64,000 nt of DNA from an uncultured Gemmatimonadaceae bacterium. GTDB lineage: Bacteria; Gemmatimonadota; Gemmatimonadetes; Gemmatimonadales; Gemmatimonadaceae. Location of the stretch: positions 64,001 through 128,000 of the forward strand of contig CAVUDW010000001.1 in the NCBI GenBank assembly GCA_963740355.1, in the 5' to 3' direction. A program made the position numbers and the translations under genes. Each line of letters begins with the position of its first letter. Position 1 is the stretch's first letter. Shown in pieces: positions 51,081-60,383 of the stretch. A model generated the notes under the pieces. That model was not told the origin of the DNA. It made no database searches and saw nothing but the letters and a program-made list of their open reading frames with translations.

Positions 51081-51860
51081 CTCAACACAGTAGGATCAAA
51101 GCTGAACACGACCGGCAGGACATCGTCGCGGAATCCGCCCGGAAGCGGACCGAACGACCGACGTTGCCCCACGGCCTCGACGGCACCCATACACTCGAGA
51201 TCAAACGCGTAGACACCGGAACGCGACTGGAGCCGCAGGTCCGAGACCGAGCCATCGCGATGAATCAGAAACGTCACCTCGGCCCGCAACGCGACACCGG
51301 CCCGCGGCTTGAAGTTGAGCGCGATCTGGCGCGTGATGTTTTCGAGATACCCAGGGAAGGGGAACGCGATCCCCTGCACTTTCACACTTGCAACATCACG
51401 ACCACGACCGCCAGTTGGTCCGCCACCGGCCGGCGTGGGACCGGGGACCGTGGCCGCGCCGCCTGACTTGGGAGCCACCGGCTTCGCCACGGGAGCGGCC
51501 GGCTTCTTGGTGGGCGCAGGGGCGACTGTCGGCCGCTTCGCGGCCACCACCGTCTTCGGGTCCGGAATCGTCGCTGCCGGTGTCGGCGCTGGTGTGGGCG
51601 CCGTTTCCGGCGGCGTCTGCGGGCGCGCTCGGCCCTTCCTGGACGGAGCCGAGTGCACGCGGGCCCGGAGGCGCCGCGACCAGTTCCACGTTGTAGGCCG
51701 GCGGCTGCGGCGGAGGCAGTGTCAGACGCGTGAACACGATCGCGAGCACGATCAGCAGCAGGTGCGCACCAACCGACCAGAGTGCCGCCGTGCGCGCCGA
51801 GAGCGGCGGGCGCGGTCCAGGTGTCGACGCCGGCGAAGGTGCTGTCGCGCTGCCCGTCAT
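51077..51860 (-). CDS. TolA/TonB-like protein, with a frameshift near 51623
   Basis: The TM anchor 'SVGAHLLLI' is in one frame. The Pro-rich linker and TonB_C-like domain ('FPFPGYL', 'FLIHRDGSV', 'SGVYAFD') are in the next. The span is 784 nt (3n+1). Confidence 0.8.
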
Positions 51861-52270
51861 TTGGCGGGCTGCGGTTCTGCCACCAGGCTCACGTTCTGCA
51901 GCCCAACTTCGCGCAACATCGCCAGGACCTGGACGATGTCGCCGTACGCCGCGCCCTCGTCGCCCTTGAGGTAGATGGTGCGGCCACTGGCACGGGCGGC
52001 AAGTGTCGTGAGTGCGCCGCGCAGTTCATCGCGCGCCACTTTTTCGTTCTCGAGAATGATCACGCCATCCTGCGTGACCGAGATCATGATCGGATTGTCC
52101 ACTTGCGTCGCGCGCACGTTCGCCTTCGGCAACTTCACATCGACGCCACCAGTGAGCAGTGGCGCGGTGATCATGAAGATGATCATCAGCAGCATCATGA
52201 CGTCGATCAGGCTGACGACGTTGATCTCCGCATTGAGCGTGGTTCGCTGCCGCGCGCGATGGCGACGCAT
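51857..52270 (-). CDS. tolR: TolR/ExbD
   Basis: Motifs 'EINVVSLIDVMMLLMIIFMITAP' and 'KGDEGAAYG'. Confidence 0.9.
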   Translation of the reverse strand: MRRHRARQRTTLNAEINVVSLIDVMMLLMIIFMITAPLLTGGVDVKLPKANVRATQVDNPIMISVTQDGVIILENEKVARDELRGALTTLAARASGRTIYLKGDEGAAYGDIVQVLAMLREVGLQNVSLVAEPQPAK

Positions 52271-52992
52271 CAGATCCGCCCGTCGCGAACGAGCAGCGCC
52301 ACCACATCCGTGCTGAAGGCGTCGATCTCGCTGGTGAGGTGATTCAACTTGTTGGCGAAGTAGTTGTAGCCGAACACGGCCGGGATGGCGACCGTCAGTG
52401 CGAGCGCAGTCGCGATCAGTGCCTCGGCCACGCCCGGCGCCACCGCGCTGATGTTGCCGCTCCCACTCGCCGCCACGCCAAGAAAGGCGTTGATCACGCC
52501 GAGCACGGTGCCTAGGAGCCCGATCAGCGGGCTGACCGCGCCGATCGTGGCCAGCCACGGCAGCAAACGCTCGAGCCGATCACGCTCGCCGGTCGCTTCC
52601 TTGTCGAGCAACATCTGCAACGCTTCCACCTGCGCCTGGGACAGTCGGGCCAGTCGCTCCGAGCTCCCACCGATCGCGGGCCGTGTGTCGGCCATGAAGC
52701 GCTCCGCGCGTCGCAGCACGATGTAGAACGGCGATCCGATCCCCAGCTTGGCGCGCAGCGCCACGTCATCGAACGACCCCGCCTGCGGGACGTAGTCGAG
52801 CAGTGGTTGCGCCGCTGATGCCACCGACCGGAATTCACGCGCCTTCATCGCCATGATCGTCCAGCTCACGGCACTCAGGCAGAGCAGGAAGACCAGGACC
52901 AGCCATGAAATTGGCGTGCCGTGCGCGAGGAGCCCGAAAATCGAGTTGTTCGGCTGGGCCTGCACCTGGAGCAGCGCGAGAACGGGAATCAT
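52270..52992 (-). CDS. tolQ: TolQ/ExbB (MotA/TolQ/ExbB proton channel)
   Basis: Motifs 'LATIGAVSPLIGLLGTV', 'VAPGVAEALIATA' and 'AIPAVFGYN'. Confidence 0.9.
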   Translation of the reverse strand: MIPVLALLQVQAQPNNSIFGLLAHGTPISWLVLVFLLCLSAVSWTIMAMKAREFRSVASAAQPLLDYVPQAGSFDDVALRAKLGIGSPFYIVLRRAERFMADTRPAIGGSSERLARLSQAQVEALQMLLDKEATGERDRLERLLPWLATIGAVSPLIGLLGTVLGVINAFLGVAASGSGNISAVAPGVAEALIATALALTVAIPAVFGYNYFANKLNHLTSEIDAFSTDVVALLVRDGRI

Positions 52993-53954
52993 GCCGCGAC
53001 CTCCTTCGACTCCGCACGGAAGAACTCGAGCGTCGCCTTCAGCCCATCAGCAAGCGACATCTCTGGTGTCCAGCCAAGGACGTCTGTGGTTTTTGCGTAC
53101 GCGATGCACGATCGACGCTGCTCTCCAGGGCGCGACGCTGCGTGCTGCACCGGTACGGTCGCAGCCGCGGCGCGCTGCAACTCATTCGCCAGGTCGAGCA
53201 CTGTCGTCTCGATCCCCGTGCCAACGTTCAATCCGCGATCGTCCAGTCGTCCAACGGGCGGCAAGGGCCGCTCGGCCGCGAGCAGGTTGGCGCGCGCCAC
53301 ATCACCGACGTAGACGTAGTCGCGTGTCTGCAACCCGTCACCGTAGGCGGTGATCGGCGTGCCGGCGAGGATACGACGGCAGAAGATCGCAACCACACCA
53401 GCCTCGCCATGCGGATCCTGTCGCGGTCCGTACACGTTCGCATATCGCAGCGCGACCGTGTCCAGTCCATGCACGCGCGCGAAGTAGCTCATGTAGTACT
53501 CGACGGTGAGCTTCGCCACACCGTACGGCGACTGCGGATCCTTCGCCGCCGTCTCGACGGTTGGCATCTCGACGAAATCCCCGTACTGTGCGCCGCCGCT
53601 GGATGAGAAGACGAAGCGCGTCTTGTGCCCCGACTTCCGCACCGCCTCGAGCAGGTTGAGCGAGCCACCGATGTTCAGCGCCGCGTCCCACGCAGGATCA
53701 TCCACACTCTTGCGCACATCGATCTGTGCAGCGAGGTGTGCGACGACATCGAATTGCCCATCGCGAATCAGTGCTGCGGCCTCCGGGGAGGCGATCGACG
53801 CACGTACGACCGTGGCCTTCGGATTGACGTTCGCTTCCTTGCCGCTCGAGAAGTCATCGAGGATCGTGACGTCGTAGCCATTCGCGATGAACAAGTCGGT
53901 GACGTGCGACCCAATGAACCCCGCCCCACCCGTTACCAGAGCGCGGCGACTCAC
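52989..53954 (-). CDS. NAD-dependent epimerase/dehydratase (UDP-glucose 4-epimerase-like)
   Basis: Motifs GGAGFIGSH, HLAAQIDVRKS, YGVAK and YANVYGPRQDPHGEAGVV. Confidence 0.92.
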   Translation of the reverse strand: MSRRALVTGGAGFIGSHVTDLFIANGYDVTILDDFSSGKEANVNPKATVVRASIASPEAAALIRDGQFDVVAHLAAQIDVRKSVDDPAWDAALNIGGSLNLLEAVRKSGHKTRFVFSSSGGAQYGDFVEMPTVETAAKDPQSPYGVAKLTVEYYMSYFARVHGLDTVALRYANVYGPRQDPHGEAGVVAIFCRRILAGTPITAYGDGLQTRDYVYVGDVARANLLAAERPLPPVGRLDDRGLNVGTGIETTVLDLANELQRAAAATVPVQHAASRPGEQRRSCIAYAKTTDVLGWTPEMSLADGLKATLEFFRAESKEVAA

Positions 53955-54113
53955 GAAGCGGACTCGGCCGAAACGGATGCGGCAGCGCTGTCGAACTGCG
54001 GTCGTGCGTTGGGCATGGCAACGGGAACGGAAGTGTGATCAGGGAAGGTCGAGCCCGGCGGGCGCTGACGGTGTACCCCAGACAATTCGCAGGGATCAAG
54101 CGCGTAAAACTAA

Positions 54114-54159
54114 CCGCGCCCGCCTGCTGAGGCATGAGCTCCTCGGCAGGCGGGCGCGG
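54114..54159 (-). terminator. Intrinsic terminator after the LysM gene
   Basis: 19-bp GC stem (one mismatch) with an 8-nt loop, followed on the minus strand by TTAGTTTT. Confidence 0.7.
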
Positions 54160-54183
54160 CGTCCGTAGGGACGCGGTCGAGCG

Positions 54184-55335
54184 TCAGGGCATACGACTCA
54201 CCAGGCGTGCCTTCATGCCGACGCGAATGGCCGGCTGATCGTGCCCGACGACCACGGCAGTCGCACTTTCCGGCGTCACGCGGACCACGCTCACCTGCGC
54301 CACGGTGTTGGCTGGCGCAATGTCCTTGCGTCCCTCGGTCAGCGGCACGCCGTCGGCGTACAGCGTGAACTGGTCACCGACCTTGCTGCTGGCGCCCTTG
54401 GGCAAGGCGATCACGACATAGTTCTGCACGGTGGGCAACACGACGCCGCCGGCGATCCATGCGACTTCGTACACCGGCCCGTTGCTGACATCCTGCGGTC
54501 GCACGGTCGACGGAACCGAGGTCGTGTCGATGGCCATCAGCACATCGCCGCGCTTCATGTTCGCAAACATTGACGTGACCTTCGCGCGAGCTGCGCGCCC
54601 CGATCCGAGGGCCACGATTTCCACCACACCGGCTGGCTGCATCAGTCGACGGCGAAGCTTGTCGCGATTCACCTCGGGGCCTTCCTGATAGACGCCGAAC
54701 TGCTGGCCGACCGCGCCGCGCACGCCCGTCGGCAACAGCACATCGACTTCGTCGAAGATCTGGAACTGATCACGCGTGAGCGCGGCAGAGACGACGGTCG
54801 GATCGGAGCGTGAGACGAGATGCCCACCGCTCGACTTCGCGTTCAGCGCGACGAGGAACGGCGCCGCCGCCGCTTCACCACGTCGCACGGTCGGACGCAA
54901 CGCGCGACCATTGATCGTGGCATTCTCGAGCACGGACACCGTCTGCCCCGCCATCGGCCGGCCGAGCGGAATGGCGCGCGTCGGTGGCGGTTCGGCGGTG
55001 TCGGTTTCGGCCGCTACCGCTTCCGGCGAGAAGGTCGGTCGGCCGTCGGCACCGACGTACAACTTCTGGCCCGGATAGATCAGGTTCGCGTTGGCAATCG
55101 TGCTGGTGTTGGCGCGGAACAGCTCGGGCCAGCGCAGCGGATTGCCGAGATACTTGCGCGCGATTTCATAGAGCGTGTCGCCCTGTCGCACCGTGTGCAA
55201 CACGGTGCCGGGCTTCGGAGCTGCCGTGCTGTCGCGCTGCTGCGCCTGTGCCAGGGCCGGCGAGCCGACGAGCAGCAGGGCGAGGATCACGTTACGCAGG
55301 CGGCGCGCAACAGGGGCCTTCGGATGACGGCGCAT
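54184..55335 (-). CDS. Secreted LysM peptidoglycan-binding protein (TsaP-like architecture)
   Basis: Signal peptide, LysM 'HTVRQGDTLYEIARKYLGNPLRWPELFRAN...LIYPGQKL' and two beta-rich C-terminal domains. Confidence 0.82.
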   Translation of the reverse strand: MRRHPKAPVARRLRNVILALLLVGSPALAQAQQRDSTAAPKPGTVLHTVRQGDTLYEIARKYLGNPLRWPELFRANTSTIANANLIYPGQKLYVGADGRPTFSPEAVAAETDTAEPPPTRAIPLGRPMAGQTVSVLENATINGRALRPTVRRGEAAAAPFLVALNAKSSGGHLVSRSDPTVVSAALTRDQFQIFDEVDVLLPTGVRGAVGQQFGVYQEGPEVNRDKLRRRLMQPAGVVEIVALGSGRAARAKVTSMFANMKRGDVLMAIDTTSVPSTVRPQDVSNGPVYEVAWIAGGVVLPTVQNYVVIALPKGASSKVGDQFTLYADGVPLTEGRKDIAPANTVAQVSVVRVTPESATAVVVGHDQPAIRVGMKARLVSRMP

Positions 55336-55703
55336 ACTGGTGGGGAGCGCGGGGATCGTCCACATCAAGCACGACGCGCGAAGCGGTCGCACCACGGAGG
55401 GGCCCCGCCACAGGTGCGGTTCCCCGATCAGGGACGAGTATCGGCCGCGGAGGAAACGTCGTGAGCGCAGGCCAGAGGAGCCCACAAACATCCATGCCCG
55501 AAATCGCCGGTTCTGATATGTCAGGCATTGCCTGATAGCGCCGCTGGACATCGTTACTCCGTCACCGTTCTATCCACCGACGAGTACTTCGCCGGCGACC
55601 CGCCGACCACCCGCACTCCCCCTCCGCCAATGCCAGGCGCGAGGGCTGCGTTGGGCCTTGCGCGACCGACCGAGCGACTTCACCCCTCTCGGGGAGCCGG
55701 CGC

Positions 55704-57731
55704 ATGGCCTTGGACACACAAATGCTGCATGCCGCACTGCAGCTGCCTCATGGGTACTGCTACCTCTGGGATCCGGGCCTGATCTGGCTGCACGCGCTCT
55801 CGGATGGCTTGATCGGTGCCGCGTACTTCGCGATCCCGATCGTACTGGCCCGCTTCCTTCGCCAGCGGAAGGACATTCCCTTCAACGGCATCGTCTGGTG
55901 CTTCGCCGTCTTCATCCTTGCCTGCGGCGCCACGCACTGGATCAGCGTCGTCAATATCTGGGTGCCGAGCTGGTGGACATCGGGAGGCTTGAAGGCGCTG
56001 ACCGCCGCCGCATCGCTTCCGACGGCCTTCCTGCTGCATCGCATGACACCGATGCTGGTTGCGTTGCCAAGCCCGACGCAACTGCACGCGGCCAACGCCA
56101 CACTCGCGGCAGAAATCGCAGAGCGCAAGAAAATCGAGCAGATGCTCCGCGAGTCGCAGGCCGAACTGGAAAAGCGCGTCGAAGAGCGTACCACCGAACT
56201 CGCGCGCGCAAATGCGTCCCTGCGCCTGCTCGAGTCAGCCGTGACACAGTCCACCGATGCGTTCACCATCACGACCGGCGATCTCGATGCACCGGGACCA
56301 AAGATCGTGTTTGCCAACCCTGCGATGACACGGATCACGGGCTACCCGCTTGACGACCTGCTGGGCAAGACGCCGCGAATCCTGCAGGGCCCAAAGACGG
56401 ACCATGAGATGTTGTCCGAAATGCGGCGTACCCTGACCGAGACGGGCGCATTCGCAGGCGAGACCCTGAACTATCGCGCGGATGGCGGTGAGTTCGTGAT
56501 GAGCTGGAAGGTGACCCCGATCCGCGACGAGGATGGCATGATCGGGCACTATCTCGCCGTCCAACGGGATGTGACGGAACAGCGCGATCTCGAACTCCAG
56601 TTTCGACAGGCACAGAAGATGGAAGCCGTCGGCCAGCTGGCGGGCGGAATTGCGCACGACTTCAACAACCTGCTCACCGCAATCCAAGGCAACTGCGCGC
56701 TGCTGATGGAGGATATACCAGCCCCGGATCCTCGTCGTGTGTTCGTCGAGGAGATCGACGATGCGGGCGCGCGTGCAGCTCGGTTGACACGGCAACTTCT
56801 CGCGTTCAGTCGGCGGCAGATTCGCCAGCCGACCGCGATCAGCCTCGACGTCGTCGTGACCGACGCGCTCCGCCTGTTGGGTCGCCTGCTCGGCGAACGC
56901 ATCGATGTTCGATTCGCACCCACCAAGGATCTAGGCCTGGTCTGGGCGGACCCCGATCAGTTGGAACAGGTGGTGCTGAACCTGGCGGTCAACGCGCGCG
57001 ACGCGATGCCACAGGGCGGCACCCTCACGATCGAGACCGCGAATGTGGAGCTCGACGGTGACTACGCCGGCATGCACATGTCCGTGATCCCCGGTTCGTA
57101 CGTGATGCTCTGCGTGACGGACACCGGTTCCGGCATGCCACCGGAGACGATCACTCGAATTTTCGAACCCTTCTTCACCACGAAGCCCGTGGGTCAGGGT
57201 ACCGGTCTCGGATTGTCCACGCTCTATGGCATCGTGAAACAGAGCCGCGGCAATGTCTGGGTGTATTCGGAGCCGGGTCGGGGCACCACCTTCAAGGTCT
57301 ACCTCCCGCGAGTGTCGGATCCCGCGGTCAGGGTGACGCGGCCCACTCCTGTGTCATCGACGCTCGTGCTGGGTTCGGGCGTTGTGCTGCTCGTCGAGGA
57401 TGACCCCGCGGTCCGCAGCCTTGCCGCACGCATGCTGCGACGCGCAGGATACGATGTGATCGATGCGGCGACGCCGGCGATCGCACTCGAGATTGCACGG
57501 GACGAGTCGGTCCACATCGACATCCTGCTGACGGATGTCGTGATGGCAGGTCTGACGGGGCCCGAACTCGCCGCTGCGGTCCGTGAACGACGACCCTCTA
57601 TCCGCGTCGCTTTCATGTCTGGGTACACCGACACGGCGCTCGACGCACACCAACTAGCGGACGCGCACGCTGTGCTCATCTCGAAGCCGTTCACGGGCAG
57701 TTCGCTCACCGCGCAGATCGCCAAGGTGTGA
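55704..57731 (+). CDS. Hybrid sensor histidine kinase: ethylene-receptor-like 3TM domain, PAS, HisKA, HATPase and REC
   Basis: 'SDGLIGAAYFAIP...FILACGATH', a PAS/PAC domain, AHDFNNLL, NLAVNARDAM, DTGSGM, FFTTK, GTGLGL and REC motifs 'VEDD', 'TDVVM', 'KPF'. Confidence 0.93.
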   Translation: MALDTQMLHAALQLPHGYCYLWDPGLIWLHALSDGLIGAAYFAIPIVLARFLRQRKDIPFNGIVWCFAVFILACGATHWISVVNIWVPSWWTSGGLKALTAAASLPTAFLLHRMTPMLVALPSPTQLHAANATLAAEIAERKKIEQMLRESQAELEKRVEERTTELARANASLRLLESAVTQSTDAFTITTGDLDAPGPKIVFANPAMTRITGYPLDDLLGKTPRILQGPKTDHEMLSEMRRTLTETGAFAGETLNYRADGGEFVMSWKVTPIRDEDGMIGHYLAVQRDVTEQRDLELQFRQAQKMEAVGQLAGGIAHDFNNLLTAIQGNCALLMEDIPAPDPRRVFVEEIDDAGARAARLTRQLLAFSRRQIRQPTAISLDVVVTDALRLLGRLLGERIDVRFAPTKDLGLVWADPDQLEQVVLNLAVNARDAMPQGGTLTIETANVELDGDYAGMHMSVIPGSYVMLCVTDTGSGMPPETITRIFEPFFTTKPVGQGTGLGLSTLYGIVKQSRGNVWVYSEPGRGTTFKVYLPRVSDPAVRVTRPTPVSSTLVLGSGVVLLVEDDPAVRSLAARMLRRAGYDVIDAATPAIALEIARDESVHIDILLTDVVMAGLTGPELAAAVRERRPSIRVAFMSGYTDTALDAHQLADAHAVLISKPFTGSSLTAQIAKV

Positions 57732-57769
57732 CCGCAGCTGAGGGTGCGGCGCAGCGTGAGCACCTGAAG

Positions 57770-57812
57770 GCAGAACGCCTCCCGTCGGATGGTGCGACGG
57801 GAGGCGTTCTGC
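57770..57812. terminator. Perfect 18-bp stem-loop downstream of the kinase
   Basis: GCAGAACGCCTCCCGTCG-GATGGTG-CGACGGGAGGCGTTCTGC. Confidence 0.65.
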
Positions 57813-58110
57813 AACCGGAAAAGCGGACGGTCAAAATGGTACTATCCCATCGACGCCTTGTCGTTATTGCGTATATCGTGCAGATATAAAGACATACCGC
57901 ACGACGCATCGCAACCTTGTCGTTTTTCAGCCATCGATTCCATCTTCACGGCATCCATCGCGTCCATCAGACCTCTCCCGCGGTCACCATCGGGCGGTCT
58001 TCCGGCCGAGCAGTCACGACCCACACAGTGAGTATAAGGGGACTACCGTCGGCATGACCGTCGGACGTACCATTGACCCGATCTCGCGCCATTGCGGTGC
58101 ACCGCCGTTC

Positions 58111-59579
58111 TCAACGCGGCCGGCTAGCGGCATCGCGCAACTCCGGGGCATTGAATTTCGACCACAGCACGACGACCGCGCTGGCTCCCTCGCCGGGCTT
58201 CTAGTCAGGCCGATCTCCGGAACTACCAAACTGCGCCGGCGCGTCGGCAGGGTTTGAATACACTTTGATGCCACCGACGTCGGCAAACGGGAGCACATCG
58301 TCGAGCAGGCTTCCAACGCGGCCCAGGTCGCCTTGGAGCAGCAAGCTGTCGATTAGACGACCGGTCGGCATCCACCTCGTCCACGCAGACCGCCGCCACG
58401 CATCGCTGGCGCCATGTACAGGGCGCCCGGAACGCTCGTCGCTCCGTTCGCTCGTGCCCGCGCTGCCCTGACAAAAATGGCCGAGTCCATTCTTTCCGCG
58501 CGCGTCAAAGCCGACGTCGTCACGAGTCGGCGCCGAGTACGCCGTCACAGAATCGAGCGTCGGCGTCCGCTCGCGCAAAATGGGATCGAGCGTGACAACT
58601 TGATCGGGCCGGAGATCTGCAGCCAGTCGCAGTGGAGGGTAGCGGATCATTATGACGTCGATCCTTCTGGTGCCCGTCGGCGGTCCGGTCATGCGAGAGG
58701 TGCCGTCTAGCGCAGCCTCCGCGAATGCGCCGGCATAGGGTACCGTGACCCTCGCCCCGCCAATCGGACGGCCGCCCGCGTCCCGGATCGTACCGGCCAA
58801 TCGCGCACTCCCACGGGCCTGCGGGAGTTCGCGCGAGGGAGCGGAATCAGCGGAAGCTTTCGTGTCGCCAACCGTCGACGCGGCATCGAGCGCGCTCGGC
58901 ACGAGCATGTCCCGATGCAGCAACGGCGTCTCGCCCGGCAGTCTCAGTTCGATCCCGGCTGTGTTTCCGCGCCCACCGCTGTCGGCAATCACCGCGTACA
59001 GAGCAAGCGGCACGTCAGTCGGAACGCCTCAGATCACATACCGACCGTCGCGTCTGACCACGCCGACCGCACGCTCGGTGGTGCGCTCTTCACCTGCAGT
59101 CGAAATCTGTAGCGCGCCCCAGCCCACGATGACCTGCGCCGCATCGGGCACGTCTCCAGTCGCCGCGTCTCGTACGCGACCGAGGACGACGCGCGTGGTT
59201 TCGCGTTGCGCCCCGCAAAAGCCCGCATGGCACCCGGCAACGAGAGGTTCGCGGTCACTATGGCGCCGCGCCCCGTCACAGACAGCAACCGCGCCACAGC
59301 ATCGAACCCCAGCGAGTCGAATCGCGCGTGCTGAAAGCCGAATGTGTACTGCCCTACGGGTACGTCTCGGATCGCGAAGCGACCGGCGGTAGCTGAGATG
59401 GCAGTGAAGCCTCCGGACAACGGTGCGGCAGTTGGCACTGGCTGCACCCACGCCGCCATAAAATGACCACCAGCCAAGCTGTCGATGACTTCGCCTCGCA
59501 CGGCCACCTGAGCCCCAGCGGCGCTGGCAGTGAGAAGGTCCACGCTGCATCACACAAGGAAAATCCGACAACGCGGCAT
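58111..59579 (-). pseudogene. Degraded secreted protein with carboxypeptidase-regulatory-like (prealbumin-fold) repeats and a plug-like C-terminus
   Basis: Fragments 'VRGEVIDSLAG', 'GRFAIRDVPVGQYT', 'LGRVRDAATG', 'LAGTIRDAGGRPIGGARV' and 'VVVLWSK'. In-frame stops at 59550, 59029 and 58201, plus frameshifts near 59230 and 58470. Confidence 0.75.
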
Positions 59580-60383
59580 CAGGAAACCTCGGATCGAAAA
59601 ACGTTGGGCGACCACATCCTGTAAGTCGGTCCACGACTGAAGGGTCCACGATGACTCAAAATGAGGATGCGGCGGGCAGGGGTCTTTGACTGATGGTGCA
59701 CTCGCGGACGAAGCAGGGGAAGCGCTGTAGTTAAGGCGACGTGTTGCATGCGCGGTAATCGTGTTCGCGTTGACAGGCAACGACGCAGACAACGGCGCAG
59801 AGGCGGCCAGATCACACTTTCAAACCACCGGCATCGCAGGAGGCGTCTCACTAGGAACTGTGCCGCAGACCGTTCGACTGGATAGAGCCTGGTCGCAACT
59901 AAGCGCACTCTAGCGCGAGTGAGAGGCCGCGAACCGCCATGCTTGCCTTTTCGTCTGGTTACGGTACTATACCCGTGCGACATCTCTGCGCTCCATCCAG
60001 AACACGGTGTTTCGGTGACCGCGCAAGGGAACGCAGTCGTGTGGACGCCCGAGCAGGGGTCCTCCGACAGGTGCACGCTCTGCACACCGGTGTCGAAGTA
60101 CGAATTCCGCCCTGCTGGCCGTAGGTGGGGCTGAAATGCTCGAGCAATCAATGCACGCGACTGGTTTCAGACTGCGACCACGGAGCCACAAACCACGACA
60201 CGCAGCGGCGCTACCGGACAGCGGAAAACAGCGTCTCCCCGATCGCCAGTCGTAGCGCTCGGGGCACGCATGAGTGAGCACGGGCGCGCGTCACTTCCGA
60301 CGCCGCGCAACTGGGGTGGGGCACACGCGGTAGGCAACCGGACGGTGTGGGTCACTTCCCTTCTCATCAGCCAGGAGTTGCTC

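Noticed and set aside
19770..51630. Programmed ribosomal frameshifting in gmhA, cpoB and tolA
   Set aside because: No slippery heptamer or homopolymer run at any junction, and I know of no precedent in these families.
53951..54016. 21-aa upstream ORF ending in a GTGA overlap with the epimerase start (similar 32-aa case at 16964-17062)
   Set aside because: Any GTG-A start creates a TGA, and a short upstream frame arises easily by chance. No clear RBS or leader-peptide signature.
56290..56580. LOV blue-light sensor in the kinase PAS domain
   Set aside because: The sequence is GKTPRILQG, lacking the photoactive Cys of GxNCRFLQ. Treated as an ordinary PAS domain.
57842..58024. Small Met/Cys-containing ORF, and short ORFs at 59550-60280
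   Set aside because: No recognisable motif or convincing RBS. They overlap in several frames within a decayed region.
59029..59031. Selenocysteine or readthrough at the TGA in YVI*GVP
   Set aside because: The same gene has other stops (including a TAG) and frameshifts, so decay explains it.
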